This document shows, one piece after another, positions 47,567 to 60,962 of a DNA stretch of 64,000 bases. How positions within the stretch are numbered: the stretch's first letter is position 1; the number at the start of each line of letters is the position of its first letter. Origin of the DNA: Marsupella aquatica (Eukaryota > Plantae > Marchantiophyta); NCBI GenBank assembly GCA_973895155.1, contig OZ316891.1, positions 30,821,112 to 30,885,111 of the forward strand. Direction: 5' to 3'. The position numbers and the translations under genes are program-made. The notes below the pieces were generated by a model, which saw only the letters and a list, made by a program, of their open reading frames with translations, ran no database searches and was not told the DNA's origin.

Positions 47567-50256
47567 GCAACTACATCATCAATTGATTGTCCTCTTCAAC
47601 ATGCAGCTTGGGATGTTCATGGACAGATGGGGCCATTGAACCCCCTTTGTTTGCTTTGATCATGTACCTTTGTCAACAAATTTTAGTGTCATTATAGCAT
47701 GCTCGACAAGCTCGATTGAGTGATCTAAGTCATCCTCATCGATCTCTCATTGTGGGTAGTAGAGTGCCTCCATAGAGGCTTTCTCTTCTAGAGGACATCC
47801 CTATCCCACTTGGATATTTAATTACGTTACCACACTAGATGGGGACCATTAACTCTTGACACATTGGCTTCTAATGTGGACCATGGTTCATGGCACCAGC
47901 AAAGTGATAGCACTTTTTCCTTTATCTGTACTCTTGTTCCTCTTCCTTGGCTTTAAGGGTTGTGTTTGAGTCCTTTCTTGTCTTCTCCTTTTTGGACATT
48001 TTTTGCCTCCTCTTCATTGTACTTTGTTTATTCCTTTTGTATAATTTTGGTTCTTCTTTTTATTACATGTCTTTGATATAATTTTAGCTCGACTATTTTA
48101 ATTCCATTACATCAAGAAACAACAATGCAGTACAATTCTCCCGCAACGTGTGAATTGAAATCAACTACTTTTGGAACTTGTTCATACCCATCTAGAACCA
48201 GGAAAACTTACCTTGAGAAGGGATGAAATTTGATTGTGCATGGTGCAATGTATGATATCTCCATCATTGCAGTCAGTTCAATCAAGGTAAAACCTTATCC
48301 ATGCATTGCTAAATGAATAGGATGTAATTAACCTTCTCTACATTTTTTTTAGCAAATGTACTTGTTTGGCACATTCCTTACTTTTGTACGTAAATTTTAG
48401 TTAGCTTTAGAATGCTGCATGCAATCATGGCTTAATTAAAATACCCCTCATAAAGATGATATTTGTGAATATTCAAATTTGAGATATTATATTTGACTTT
48501 ATACAAAGTCTGCAATGAAGAAGATTATCCATTTTGGTATAAACATCTTGTTTTTACTTTCTAGGTTTGTAGAAACTTTTAGGAGCTACAGCCTGGATGG
48601 ACCGAGATGTTGTGGGCCTGCCCATACCATGGATGCTTAAAGCAGTTTGAGAGTTTAGACTGAAAAGGAAAAGGGTCCAACCCCATTTGGATCAAAATTA
48701 AAAAATGAGGTTCTTGTCATTATGCAATTAATGACCTTGCTTATAGGAGTATGGACCTTTTTCATCTCAGCCCAATTGAAGGGTTTTTAGGGTTTTTCTT
48801 GGTTTTTAGGGTTTCCTTTTGCTCACTTCTTTTGTGTTTGGTTTTGTCCACTTGGGACCTCTCTTGTTTATTCTTTTGTACTCTATTTGGCCTTTTTCTG
48901 TAAAAAGTATGTGTATATTTCCAATTGAAGGCAGACAAAATGGAAGAGTGAATTGAGGTGTGATTTAAACATTTATGCCACTCCATTGCTGCCATATGGT
49001 TCATTCAAGCCTACAGCTTAAGAAAATTGTGGAGTCATGACAAACTTTGCAGGTATAGACATTGCATTTCAAAATGCAACATGACAGCTTGACAACTTAC
49101 TCGATAGGGTCATCAAAGTCATGAACTGTCTTGCAACTAAATCTTACCTTTGAATTTGGTAGATGTGTCCCGTTGTTTGGAGGACTCGTGGATCTCCATT
49201 TGAGTTGAAAGTTTCAAGCATGGTCTCTTATGTCCAATCTATTACCTAACAAAGTTTGAAACTTTTATGAGATCATTTTCTCAATATCCAATGAGCACAA
49301 ACATGGTCAAATATTATATATCATGATATCACTTAACACTCAAAAATAGTCACATGGACCCCCACATAGGTCAACTGAAATCAGTTGCTCTTGAGTAACC
49401 CGCTGAGTAATGGAATGATGTCTTGACATGTTTCAAGTTCAAGGGTGTCACATCATCAAGCCACCAAGGAGACCCATTCAATGTTGTAATTGAAATAGGT
49501 TGCAAACTGTAAGGAGAGCGTTTGCAGGTCAAATTTCAGTCAAAAGTATAAATGATGTTAACAGAGTCAATTTCAACATTCAGAGCTAGTCCATTTGGAC
49601 TTTGCCAGTCCATCCAGACTTCAGTTCAACAATTTTAGTTAAAATCTTATGAAATACCTATTTTTGCTTGTGGTTCCTTCAGGTTTTCAACTCCCTAGAG
49701 TAGATCTATGTAATCAAATATTTGAAGGTTGGGATTCCCTTAAAACTTCAGGATCCACCTTAGATGCCATGTCCTTTGCTTCGTAGTTTACTATGCCTTG
49801 CCCACATTACGTCCATAAGGATACATCATCCCTCGGTCCATAGAAAGTAATTTGCCTGGAAGAAGTACTTCTAAATAAAAATTCTGCTGAGCAATCCAAG
49901 TGGGGAAGCAATGCCAGGGTTTTATAGAAGCTTGGTCAAGTATGGTGGTTCATAAAATTTCAACTTGATAAAACTTATTTCAAACACACACAAAAATATA
50001 AGATAAAGGAAAAGTTCAAATGGTATCAAGGCGAAACTCCCTTAGTTTATGGAAACCTCTAATGGTTGATCATTACTTCAACAATTCGTCCCATGAAACC
50101 CAGAAGTTGACATGTGTCACCATGTCAATGAGGATGGAAATCAATGCACGTGGTTACTATTGGAGTCTGCTTTACCCTTACAAGCATAAGAACACAAACG
50201 TGTGGCAGCTGGATGGTCTCCAATCAGGACAACTTTACTCACAACATGAGCCTTTC

Positions 50257-50692
50257 TTTATTCCTCAAACTCGAAGGAGAAACCCGAATATATTTGCCAG
50301 CCTTTCTTAGCCATCCCCAAGGCGACAAGGAACTGTTTGTGGTTGCCATTTATCACTCAAGTCCAATTTATTCCTCACACTCAAAGGAACAACCCGAATA
50401 TTTGCCAGCCTTTCTTGCCCATCCCCAAAGCGACAAGGAACTGTTTGTAGTTGCCTTTTATAGCTCAAGTCCAATTTATTCCTCAAACTCAAAGGAACAA
50501 CCCGAGTATATTTGCCAGCCATTCTTGGCCATCCCCTAGGCGACAAGGAACTGTTTGAGGTTGCCTTTTATCACTCTAAGTCCAACTTTCCTCACACTCA
50601 AGGGAACAACCCGAATATATTTGCCAGCCTTTCTTCGCCATCCCCAAGACGACAAGCAACTGTTGTGGCAACCTTTAATTGCTCAAGTCCAA
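50257..50692. repeat. ~109-bp tandem repeat, about 4 copies
   Basis: AACCCGAATATATTTGCCAGCC...GCGACAAGGAACTGTTTG units at 50281, 50391, 50499 and 50608. Confidence 0.9.
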
Positions 50693-52398
50693 ACAAGCAA
50701 GCCAAGTTAGATCGACGAGCCGGCCTGTATACACAAAGTTCAACCTGTCTACATTTATATTTTTAGCAACTTACATTTCCCACAAAACTGAAAAGCACAC
50801 AAACATTGTGGTCATGGTGGGGGGTGGGGTTCCTCTCCTCTTTCCATAAATGATGCTCCTATGGACGGAGGTGTGAACCAATCCAATGGCATCACTCATT
50901 GACACCTTTCTTGCTTCCCCCAAAAAATTCAAGGGCAAACATTGACATTAAATCTCTCCCTCTACATCCAACATAATAGGCTCTTCTTGAGCTGGGGTTA
51001 GAAGTGGTTTGTAAAACTTATTTCACCCGGTCTTGTATCTCTAGTTTTCATGAAGAAATGAGAGAGTTATACATTTGGAAAGATTGTTCCATCAATCAGT
51101 GTCCACACTTTGCGTTTCCAAAAGTTTTTGAGTGGCTAACTCTATATTACATACCATAGATACAAGGCAGACCTGTGAAGAAGAAGACTTGTTATGACTC
51201 CTCCTAATATTTTGCCTTCACAATTACAACTGTCTAAATCACTCCTGTCCCTTGAATGAGAATCGGGCAATTAGTTCAGGCTAAGTTGGTTCAATCATTT
51301 TCTTCATTGTTGAAATTGGAAGCTTTATTAAGCACCAACAATTGACCATTCAGAGCCCGGCCATTACTTCAGGGTACTTTGGTTCAAATTTTTTAATTTA
51401 TTATTGAAAATGGAAGCTTTCTGAACTACCGACAAGTGAGAACTCTATTCAATCTTGATAGGATTGGTGGTGGTCTTTTGTGTCTAGCATTTAGTTGACA
51501 AGTTCTATGAGATTGGAGTGGGTCCTGAATTTCAGATAATTCCTATGTGAGAATATTGTCCCTAGATAGTACACATTGGATGTATCTACTAACTGAATTC
51601 CATTCTGTCTTCTCTTGTGCAAGAATCTTAGTTTTATGTTTCTAGCAATCCTTATTGTTGTCTCTTCTCTGAACCAAGGTATCTTCTCATATATATACAG
51701 TTTTTTTACTAAAGTACGGCCCAAACTGGCCCTTACAAACCTGCCCCCAAAACTAAGTTTTACTAAACCAAGAAACCCAAAGGCAAGAGTCCCAATAAGG
51801 GTACCTCCACAGGTTCTAAATTTAGGTTCAACTGATGAAGCAGAGCTCGGGGTGTGTGGGTTGGACTCCCTGCAGGTGTGGTTGATTAATGAAGATCTCC
51901 TGGCCAGATGGCCAGGAAAGGACTCAACTGGCCCCCTTTAGCATCTTGTGGACTTGATTGACCACAAAAATAGATTGAGTACTTGATCAGACCACTTGAC
52001 CATTAGGCCATCCAAAATCCTTAAAATACCATAATTGTGTAATAACCTAAATTACAATATTTCTTCAGTAGTCACCATTGGGTTTGCCTCCGCTGCACAG
52101 GCGCCACTACATATTTAGGGCACCACAAAACCTACAAAATGTCAATTTTTGATAAACTCCAATATTTATTGGTAACTAAAGGAACTCCATTTGAGCTGAA
52201 AACTGTTTGGTGTGATCCTTGACATTCAAGCTACCTACTGACAAATGCTGGGTAGTTTTGGACACCTCCAACACTCAATCCTATCTCCTCAAGCGTCATT
52301 ATTTTACAAACTGTAATCTACAATTCTGCACTTTTCTTTAGGTACATAGAGCAAAGTTAGAACCAAAACTAAGCTACACTTTTCACCATAATTAGCTA

Positions 52399-52703
52399 CA
52401 CTGTCCATCTTAAATAGTGTGAGTATATATAATTAGTGTGACACCAAAATTAGAGTGACGTGCACTAAATTGTGTGAACATTTTTTTTAACCAGAATCAC
52501 ACTAACGAAGTATGTTAATCACACACTTTACTTTGTATGAGAGTCCACTTGAGTTTCTATTTGTGCCTCTATTCAAGGCAAAAACCTCAATTAGTGATCA
52601 AAAGTGTGACTTCATGTGACCTAAAATTAGAGTGGCGCCTGATATAATGTGAGTCACACTATTTTATGTGAGATGTAAAATTTGAAGGGCTATGTGGACA
52701 GTG
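52399..52703. mobile_element. Putative MITE with TA TSD (Tc1/mariner-like)
   Basis: TA|CACTGTCCA ... TGGACAGTG|TA (13-bp perfect inverted repeat 52395-52407/52695-52707), with repeated internal AGTGTGA motifs. Confidence 0.45.
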
Positions 52704-54105
52704 TAGCGTTATGCAAGAATTAACAACATTAGTGCCACTAATATTAATTTTTGCCGGTTTTTTAGAGTAGTTTCTTTTCACATTTGTTTGAATTGCTAGT
52801 ATAAAGGTGATCTTGAGTCCAAAGTAACAGTAATTTTTGTTTATTATTCAAAACAGTATTTTTCCTCTATTTTCCCACTCTTGAGACCACAGTAACAAAC
52901 TTTCATGCGCACGGAAATAGTGTCATGGCAAAATTAGTGTGACTAACACTAATTCACAAGCCGGGTTCCTGACAATTGATGCTCTCAAATTAGTGTAACA
53001 CTATATATGTCGAGCAGTGCAGGTACCTTCTTTGAATAAGCTAGTTAACAGATTCTAAGGGAAGTGGAAAAGTATTATGCTTCTGCAAAACAAATGACTT
53101 GAGGAAAGTTCCCAAATACAGATTTTTGAGGACATACTCTCATTTTTTGCCTCAAAAATAACAATTGATTTTAATTAAAAAAGCCAACTATCTTGACCTG
53201 TATTCCCATCTATGGCAAATATTCCACCGCACATCACAAGATCTTGATATGTTTGAAATTTTGAACCTAGGTATGACAACACATCATTTTGGAGGGATAG
53301 AGGTCAAAGAAAGGGAAAAAGTTTAGGTCTGTTATTGTTTTAAAGTATCTTTGGCTGGCTTTTCTCCACGGTTTGTGCTGCTGCCTGGAGTTTTTATGCC
53401 TCTGCCTTGGGCTTTTGTTGGGTTTGCCCTCCCCTATGGCCCTGTTGGTTCCCCGTTTCCGTGGGGTTTTTGCGGATTCTTATTCAAAATTAAAAAGTTT
53501 TGGGGTTCTCCTCCCCCCCCCAAAAAAAAAAGAAGAAGGAAAAAAGTGGTGATGACTAAACTCAATATGAGGTCTTTTATTTCTAGGCCTCCAAATGATG
53601 GGTTACATTTTGATGTTCTTATGTATAGGATAACCCTTCCCCAAGAGGGGGTAATGAGCTGTAATCCCTGAGGGTGCTGAGCCCAAGGGAGTTACACCCA
53701 TTGTCCACAAGTGTGGATGAGTTACCAGGCATAAAGCCTGAGTGAACTTTTATACAACATTCAGTTCAATTTTACATAGGAAAAGTTTGAACCATCACTG
53801 TTTGCCACGTGTACTTTACTCTATCTCTCATTCGAATTTCATAATCCCCAGGCCAGGCTGGCCCAAGGGTTCCGTGGCCTCACCCGGCCTCATAACCCTC
53901 TACCCACATACAAGGAAAAAATTCAGGAAGAGTTTATGTTCCATGGCTTCACCCGGGGGTAATGCCTCATAACCTTGTACACACATACAAAGGAAAAACT
54001 TCAGGAAGACTTTACAAGGCTAGGAACCCTAGACCAAACCTCCATTATCTTATCTTACTTATAAAGCACAAATAGAAGCTAAAGTTGGGCTCTAGACTTC
54101 TAGAG

Positions 54106-54273
54106 GAGAGATATACTTGATGGACCCCTAAATTGAAATGGCTTACTTGATAGACCCCATGAGACCCCATGAGCTTTTGGGTACATTGATTTGAGGTCTA
54201 TCAACAGTCTGGATCATTCATGGGTCCATCAAGTAACACTTTGCATTTTGGGGGTCCATCAAGTATCTATGTC
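54106..54273. mobile_element. Mutator-like MITE, copy 2 (same family as 11695-11854)
   Basis: TIRs GAGAGATATACTTGATGGACCCC / GGGGTCCATCAAGTATCTATGTC; 9-bp TSD CTTCTAGAG. Shares the interior ATCAAC.GTCTGGATCA and CAAGTAACAC with copy 1. Confidence 0.8.
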
Positions 54274-55203
54274 CTTCTAGAGTGAACCGTAAACTCTAGA
54301 CAGTAACTCTAATAAAGACAAAACTGAAAATGGATGAGGGCAAAGATGAAGGGAACAACCTACATTCTTTTGCAAGTCTTTTCGGTCTTGTCTCTGTTGA
54401 CGGAATTCCTGTATGCAAGAAAGGTAACATGTGTCTAACCTTTTCTACTAGGTGCTACCATTTCCATAACCATGTGCCTAGAAAATCCTACCTGGTGCTG
54501 TTTTTCCAGATAGGCATTAAGCGTCCCTGTTCGCCAATCAGCAGGAGGTAGTGTATAATGCAAGTAAACAGTAATTTTGTTAGCGAGGATTTTAATTTTA
54601 TTTAAACTTTTTGCTGCCTTTTTATATATTTTGTGTTTTTTCATGACTCCAGATGGCTAGCAAGGTTGCTAGCCAAAAGAGGAGTCCCAAAAATGTATGT
54701 ATCAACCAAGTTGTTGTTAGCCAGGCAGTTGGATATGGAAAAATTAGTGGTCATGTGAGGAAAGATTTTGCTCGTGTGAGTATTTTTTTTTGACTGTTTC
54801 CTCACACTCTACAATGACCCTACTGCCAGTCAGCATTTCCTCTGGTCACAAGGCTAAGGCTAGTAACCGCACCCAGCTTGCCGGTCAGCATTTCCTCCGG
54901 TCACACATAGGCTAGCAACCCCATACCAAACCTTCATTACCCTACCCATTAAAAGAATGGGCATTCATGGGCTTGTAGTTCAGAATGATGAACCTATAAC
55001 CAATTGGCTTAGGTTAATTGGCTAAGAGATTGTGGGTAGTGGATTTGAGTTCTGATTATCTGTTAGGCCCCTGGTTGCCCACTTTGTGGCCCTGATTTAA
55101 TCTTCTCTCCTTCCTGGTGGGGGTCCTTGGGATCCATTGGGGTTCACCCTGGTCTGGGTTTCCTACAGAAAAAGTGTGACGGTGTGGGTCCTTGGGATCC
55201 ATT

Positions 55204-55371
55204 AGGGAGTCTCAAACTTTGCGTTGCTGCTTCCAGGCGCGGTCAGAGACGAAATCCTGGGAAAAAAGTGGCGGACACGAAAATCCGTGTCCGCACACTG
55301 CTGAACCGTGACCGAAACTACTAGTTTCGGGCCTCTCTTTTTTCCCGTGACTCGAAGGATTGAGACACCCT
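55204..55371. mobile_element. MITE with AGGG..TCTCAA TIRs and ATT TSD, inserted in one copy of a ~66-bp tandem duplication
   Basis: AGGGAGTCTCAA ... TTGAGACACCCT flanked by ATT. The uninterrupted paralogous site GGATCCATTGGGG is at about 55129-55141. Confidence 0.85.
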
Positions 55372-55976
55372 ATTGGGGTTCACCCTGGTCTGGTTTCCTC
55401 CAGAAAAAGTGTCACACTGGGTGGGGGGAGTCTAATTGTATTTCCTCCCCACTTCCTTTCAAGACAAAAAAAGCAGGATGAACCTATGAGCGTGGTAGAA
55501 TTGAAATGCTTACAAGAGACTGTGTGAGTTTTAGTGTGGCGCGTCTGCTTGACGATATCATCTGTGAGGCAGACCAACGATATTAAAATTCGTGTCAGGC
55601 AGCAAAAGACCATCGATATTAAATCCCGTCAGCCATTCCACATTGGCAAGTATATCAATGGTAGGTGTCCTGGTCGACGAGCTTCTGACTTCACCTTTTT
55701 TTCGTATATGTGAAGCAACGACCTCGACTAACAACCTCTGCCATGCATTGGTCAACTCCGGCTCGAGGGAAAAGATGAAAGCTCCAACATCTACCTCCAA
55801 TGGAAATCATCTCGTAAAGGAATAGCAGACTAGACGCCCTCGGTCGACCCTCTAGTAAAATCCATCTTCGTGGGCAGATTCAATTTGGCCGTTGGTGGAT
55901 TTCTTAGAGTCCGTCAAGAAAATGAGATTCCCAATCCAAAAAGCGCTGTGAACGCGTTGACGAGGAAGCCAACGTA

Positions 55977-56080
55977 TAGGGTTTTGGGTTTAACAACAAC
56001 TTAATAGTGGAACAACTATCCTTCGAAGGATCCGCAGCCCGGATCCGCGAGGGTAGGGAAGCCGCTACCTCGTGTATAAA
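55977..56080 (+). promoter_or_regulatory. Putative core promoter of the reductase gene (telo-box, TATA)
   Basis: TAGGGTTT (telo-box reverse complement) at 55977-55984 and TATAAA at 56075-56080, about 220 bp upstream of the ATG. These are short motifs and could occur by chance. Confidence 0.35.
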
Positions 56081-56292
56081 CACTGGGTTATGTGGCGGTT
56101 GTCGTGAGTGAGTTTACAGTAGCAAGACAGCAGAAAATGAATCCGTAGTCCAGTAGCAATGGACTTTCAAAGTGTTTCACTTTTGGGTTATTAATTAGCT
56201 TTGCTTCTAGATTCTTATCATCTTCAGTTCTCGGAAGGGATAATTTTCTTGCGAGATCTGAGTGCCGTTTGGGTCTGTTGAGCTAAAAGTGT

Positions 56293-59200
56293 ATGGCGAT
56301 GGCGAGGATGAGGCGGAAGGCTGGGGGGCTGCTGAAGAACTCTTGGGAACGGCACATGTCCGTCCTTTCTATGAATCCCTTGCAAGTTTGTGTGGTGGGA
56401 AGCGGCCCAGCTGGATTTTACACAGCTGAGAAGGTTTGTAATTCTGTATTGATGGTCATGTTCATATACAGGCTTGAAAATGATTTGGATGTTCTCTCAC
56501 TTTTCTGCCTGTTTTCTTTTCTCTTAGAGCCTGCGGAATGAAGTCCAATCCCTGACAAACTATTGCCTGGGAATTCGTCCCTGACAAACTATTGCCTGGG
56601 AATTCGTCGCTGTGCAGATACTGAAGCGTTTCAGTGAGGCTAAGGTGGATATAATTGACAGATTGCCAACTCCATTTGGTTTAGTTAGGTCGGGAGTTGC
56701 GCCAGACCATCCAGAAACGAAGGTGATCTCCGCGCTTGGGAAGCCTACTGTGTTCCTGCATTAGTTCCTTAAGGATTCGTTGCCTGGAAAACAGATGTCA
56801 ACTAAATGGGCAGTACCAAGTTCCGAAATTCTTTACAATTGACAATGCCTTTTCTATTAGATCTGTCAATTTCCATTTTCCTATACACGTAATGGGAGTA
56901 CTTTCACATTCATGGTACAATGTTATGTGGATTGTACATAATTGTCTCTGTCCAAAACCCTAGTTCAATTTGAACCAAAGAAAGTAATATGGCAGTTATA
57001 TGTAAAATGTTATGGTGCTTGTTATTCCACTTTCAACATGGGCCAAAGCGTATTGAAAATTGAAAAAGTTGAGACGGTGATTTTAACTAGTTCTCAAATG
57101 GATATAGCTGCAAATTTGACGAAGGACAAATAATGCTGCAGCGAGATGTGTACAGAAGCTGATTAGTTGGAACTTGTTTGGAATGGAGCAGTTGGTGATC
57201 AATCAGTTCTCACGGGTAGCGAGCAGCGAGAGGTGTTCTTTCTTTGGAAATGTTTGTTTGGGTCCAGACATATCCTTGGGTGTGCTTCGGAGACTCTATC
57301 ATGTGGTAATTCTCACATGTCCAGTTGCTACTACATTAGTTCTGAGAGGCAATCACAGGCATGTTGACTTCCAGTGGTTTGCAATATGTACTCGCAACGT
57401 CGAGTAGGTATAGTTTTAGAGACCTCTGAATTCTACTTCAGTAGACGTTTCTGTTAATTCTGGTGCAATTTCACAGATTGGATATAGCGGTCACAAAGTA
57501 CAATAGAAAAAGTTCAGAACTACTGGCACATCAATGGTCTTAATGTGATCGAGGGTGAGGCGATGTCATTTGGTCACTTCAAGCCTATAGGTCAACCACA
57601 CTTTTTTCAATGACCGCACTGTAGGGGAGTGACCTGGCTTCATTTTATAGGTTGTGAAAACGGTGACTCAACAGAATCTATGGTGAAGTGGCACTGTACT
57701 TGAAGGATTTTGAGATCTATGGTAATGTGGCTGCAGGTTGTGCTTGCGTATGGTGCAGAGAGTGATCGAATGCTCAGAATACCCGGCGAGGTAGCACATC
57801 TTATGCCTTCAAATTACTCTGCTGTTTTCCGTCAGTGGGTCACTTGGATGCTAGTTTTCCAGCAGCCCTCTTTAAAACCTCATGTTTCGACTTTTTGCAG
57901 TCTGGCAAAGGTGTTTTGGGCACTTTCATATCTGGAGAGCGGGTGCTTTCAGCTGCCTGTATTGTAAGAAACCAGATGTAGGGTTCTGGGTGGTTACTTG
58001 AGAACATTTTTATGCCTAATCGTGGAGTTCTTTGCATTCCTAACACGTATCTGTCCTTCGGACAATTCTAGTGGAATAAAGTTGATCTCTGCCGTGATTA
58101 TTTACAGAACCCTTGTGTTGCAGGAATTGCCTGGAGTTCATTCAGCTAGAGAATTTGTTTGGTGGTACAATGGACACCCAGACTGTGTCAATTTACCAGT
58201 TGATCTAAAGGGCACAGACACTGCTGTAATTCTTGGCCAGGTAGAGTCCGTAACTATATCAAGGTTTCGGAGGAGATTTTAAATGCCACATCTTGAGGGT
58301 CACAAAAGGTTTCCGGCACTGATATACCTAGTGCTCTCTATCGTTTCTATTGCCATTTTCACAGGGAAACGTGGCTTTGGATGTGGCTCGTATCCTCCTC
58401 AGACCCATAAGCGATCTCGTAACGACAGACATTTCTGAGCATGCCTTAGCTGCACTGCGAGAGAGTAAAATCAGGTGGTTGTCTGGCTGCCATGAGTTGT
58501 TGTGGTTCGATGTTCTCTCTTGGGTGATTGCACTGTGCATGTGCGTTTGGGTGTCATATAACAGCATTGTATATTTTTAAAACAGCTTCGATGTGCGAAA
58601 TTATGTTTGGTGCTTGTTTGTCTTGATTTGTCTATCCAGTCTGTTTCGCTCTCATGAACTGGCGGCACAGGTGTATAGGAGAGTGTACTTAGTTGGAAGG
58701 CGAGGACCGGTACAGGCAGCTTGCACTGCAAAAGAGTTACGGGAAATTCTAGGTGTGTACTAGAAAATCGTACATTACTGCTTAGAAATATTACTCGAAG
58801 ATGCCTTTTACCATTCGTTTGTGTCCGTTTATCTCATATTCAATATATTCTTTGCTCTGACTTATTTCAATGCAATCCTTCGCTTTATTTACTTGCCGTT
58901 GAACCATCCTGTTGTGCCAGGGATACAATCGTTAGATGTGAAGATACATCAAGCTGATCTAGTCACTTCCCAAGTAGATCTGGTAAGTTTGACTGGTTTT
59001 TAATATTGTTATAAGTTTCCACTCTCTTTCAGAACTTTACAGATGCAATTGTATTGTTAATACTAATGTATAATACCAACCCGAGATAATGGTTTTGTAC
59101 TCCGGTTGGATGAGTTTGGAGGGATCATTTTAAAGATGTCATGATGTGGCTGCAATAGCAGCATTGTTTGTGGCTAACAGGATGAAATGAAAAAGAGTCG

Positions 59201-60962
59201 AAGTCACAAGCGTGTCTATGAGCTATTCTGCAAGGCTGCGGCAGCTACGTCCACTGGACTTGTGAGAAAAGAACGTCAGCTACATTTTTCATTCTTCAGA
59301 TCCCCCGTGGCTCTATTGCCTTCTCAAAACGGAGCGTGTCTTGGCGGTGTCCGACTGGAGAAGACCTTCTTACAAGGTTTGTTTGGACTGGATGTTTCCA
59401 TATCGACTGCTACCTCTGATACAAAGTTACAAGAGGATGTCAGCCATCCACTTTATGTGACCCATATGTAGTTGTTTTTGTCGCTCACAGAGAAGATTGT
59501 TATTTGTGCACTACGAAGGGTTGATGTGAATGTTGTTAGAACAGGCCAATACCTCAGGGTTGTGCTTTGTACCGTTTGAGCGCTGTGTCAAGCTGTTTGT
59601 TTGGTTTTTGAGTCTCCACTCTCGAAAGCAAACCTGACGTGATAACTTGTGATGAGCCAGCTGGTTCTGGAAAAGGTCAACGTGCAGTTGGGACAGGGGA
59701 ATTTGAAGATTTGGAATGCGGGTAGGGTTACAAACCAGAGGACTTTGTAGATTTGTTTAGCTCGTCTGTGCCTCTGTGCCTGTACTCCCTAAGCAGGTTT
59801 TGACAACAGGATGTTCATAGGTGGTGATGTCTATAGTCTTTTACTGGAAAAGCAGGGGTGACTTCTGTAGCTCTTCCGGTAACCCTGACCAAGATAGGAC
59901 TACATGCTGGAATCGATAATTACGAAAGAGTTTTTACTGCGCAGACGTTACCTTATGTACTCAAGATGATATTTGGTGCAGATTGGCTTTCAAAAGTATT
60001 GGCTACAAGTCCCTTCCAGCCCCGAATTTGACCTTTGATCATGAAAGAGGTTTGACTGTTTCTTCTTCAAACATTCATACTTACTTATTGCCATCTCTCT
60101 GCAAGCTCTGTCATACCTTGTTATGAATCTAACCCGAGCTTCCACGGTTCTAAATGGAGAGTTGGTCATCTCAACGTGCTGGCTGCCTCTGATATAACGT
60201 TTATGTGATAACGCAATTCTGTCTGTGCTGGTGTGTAGGAATCGTACCCAATGCGAGGGGTCGTGTACTTGCAAGTGGGCAGGTCCCTGGAAATGTGGAG
60301 CCTGGACTTTATGTGGTGGGCTGGTTGAAACGAGGTCCCAGTGGAATTATTGGGACGAACCTTATCTGTGCTGAGGAAACGGTACATAACTTTTCTTTGT
60401 TGGCTATGGAGACGGTCGTGCGGATTCTCCTCTTGGAAATGCTGAGACTGAACTGGAATTGGGAAAAGGAGATTCAAGAACCCTTAGAACGACAGTGGTT
60501 TCTGAAAATAGAACAGGACAACTGAAAAGAATTTGCCTGGTTGTTGTGTTGGATGAACTATTGTCACTTTAGGCCTTTTGCCCAATCTGAAACATGAATC
60601 TAAGGTTTGTAGGGAATTGTTGAGACTTTGAAATTCCAGACAGGTTTCCACAAAGTGTCCTGCATTTTGTATTGAATCTGTATCAAGGGGGCTGTAACGC
60701 AGTCAAGTGATCCTGTTTACAGGTTGAGAGCATCGCAGAAGATCACAAATTGGGCGTGGTACCTATCCATTCTGCAGGGTTTGTGGGGGGCTTGGGTCTA
60801 CAAGGATTACTGGAAGAGCAGAGAATTCAGACGGTGTCTTTCAAGGAGTGGCAGAAGATAGATCAAAAAGAAGCGGAGCTGGGCAGTCTTAGAGGAAAAC
60901 CTCGGGAGAAAATCGTAGTCAAAGAGGAAATGCTTAAAATTGCAAAAGACATTCTTATGTGA
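56293..60962 (+). CDS. MFDR: NADPH:adrenodoxin oxidoreductase, mitochondrial (ferredoxin reductase), about 494 aa, 13 exons
   Basis: Exons (GT-AG, total 1485 nt): 56293-56433, 56618-56722, 57192-57305, 57737-57790, 58124-58240, 58365-58474, 58679-58752, 58921-58982, 59181-59376, 59661-59721, 59982-60049, 60239-60381, 60723-60962. Motifs: [12 protein letters not shown] (FAD), [41 protein letters not shown] (NADPH), [26 protein letters not shown]. The Arg-rich N-terminus resembles a presequence. Confidence 0.95.
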
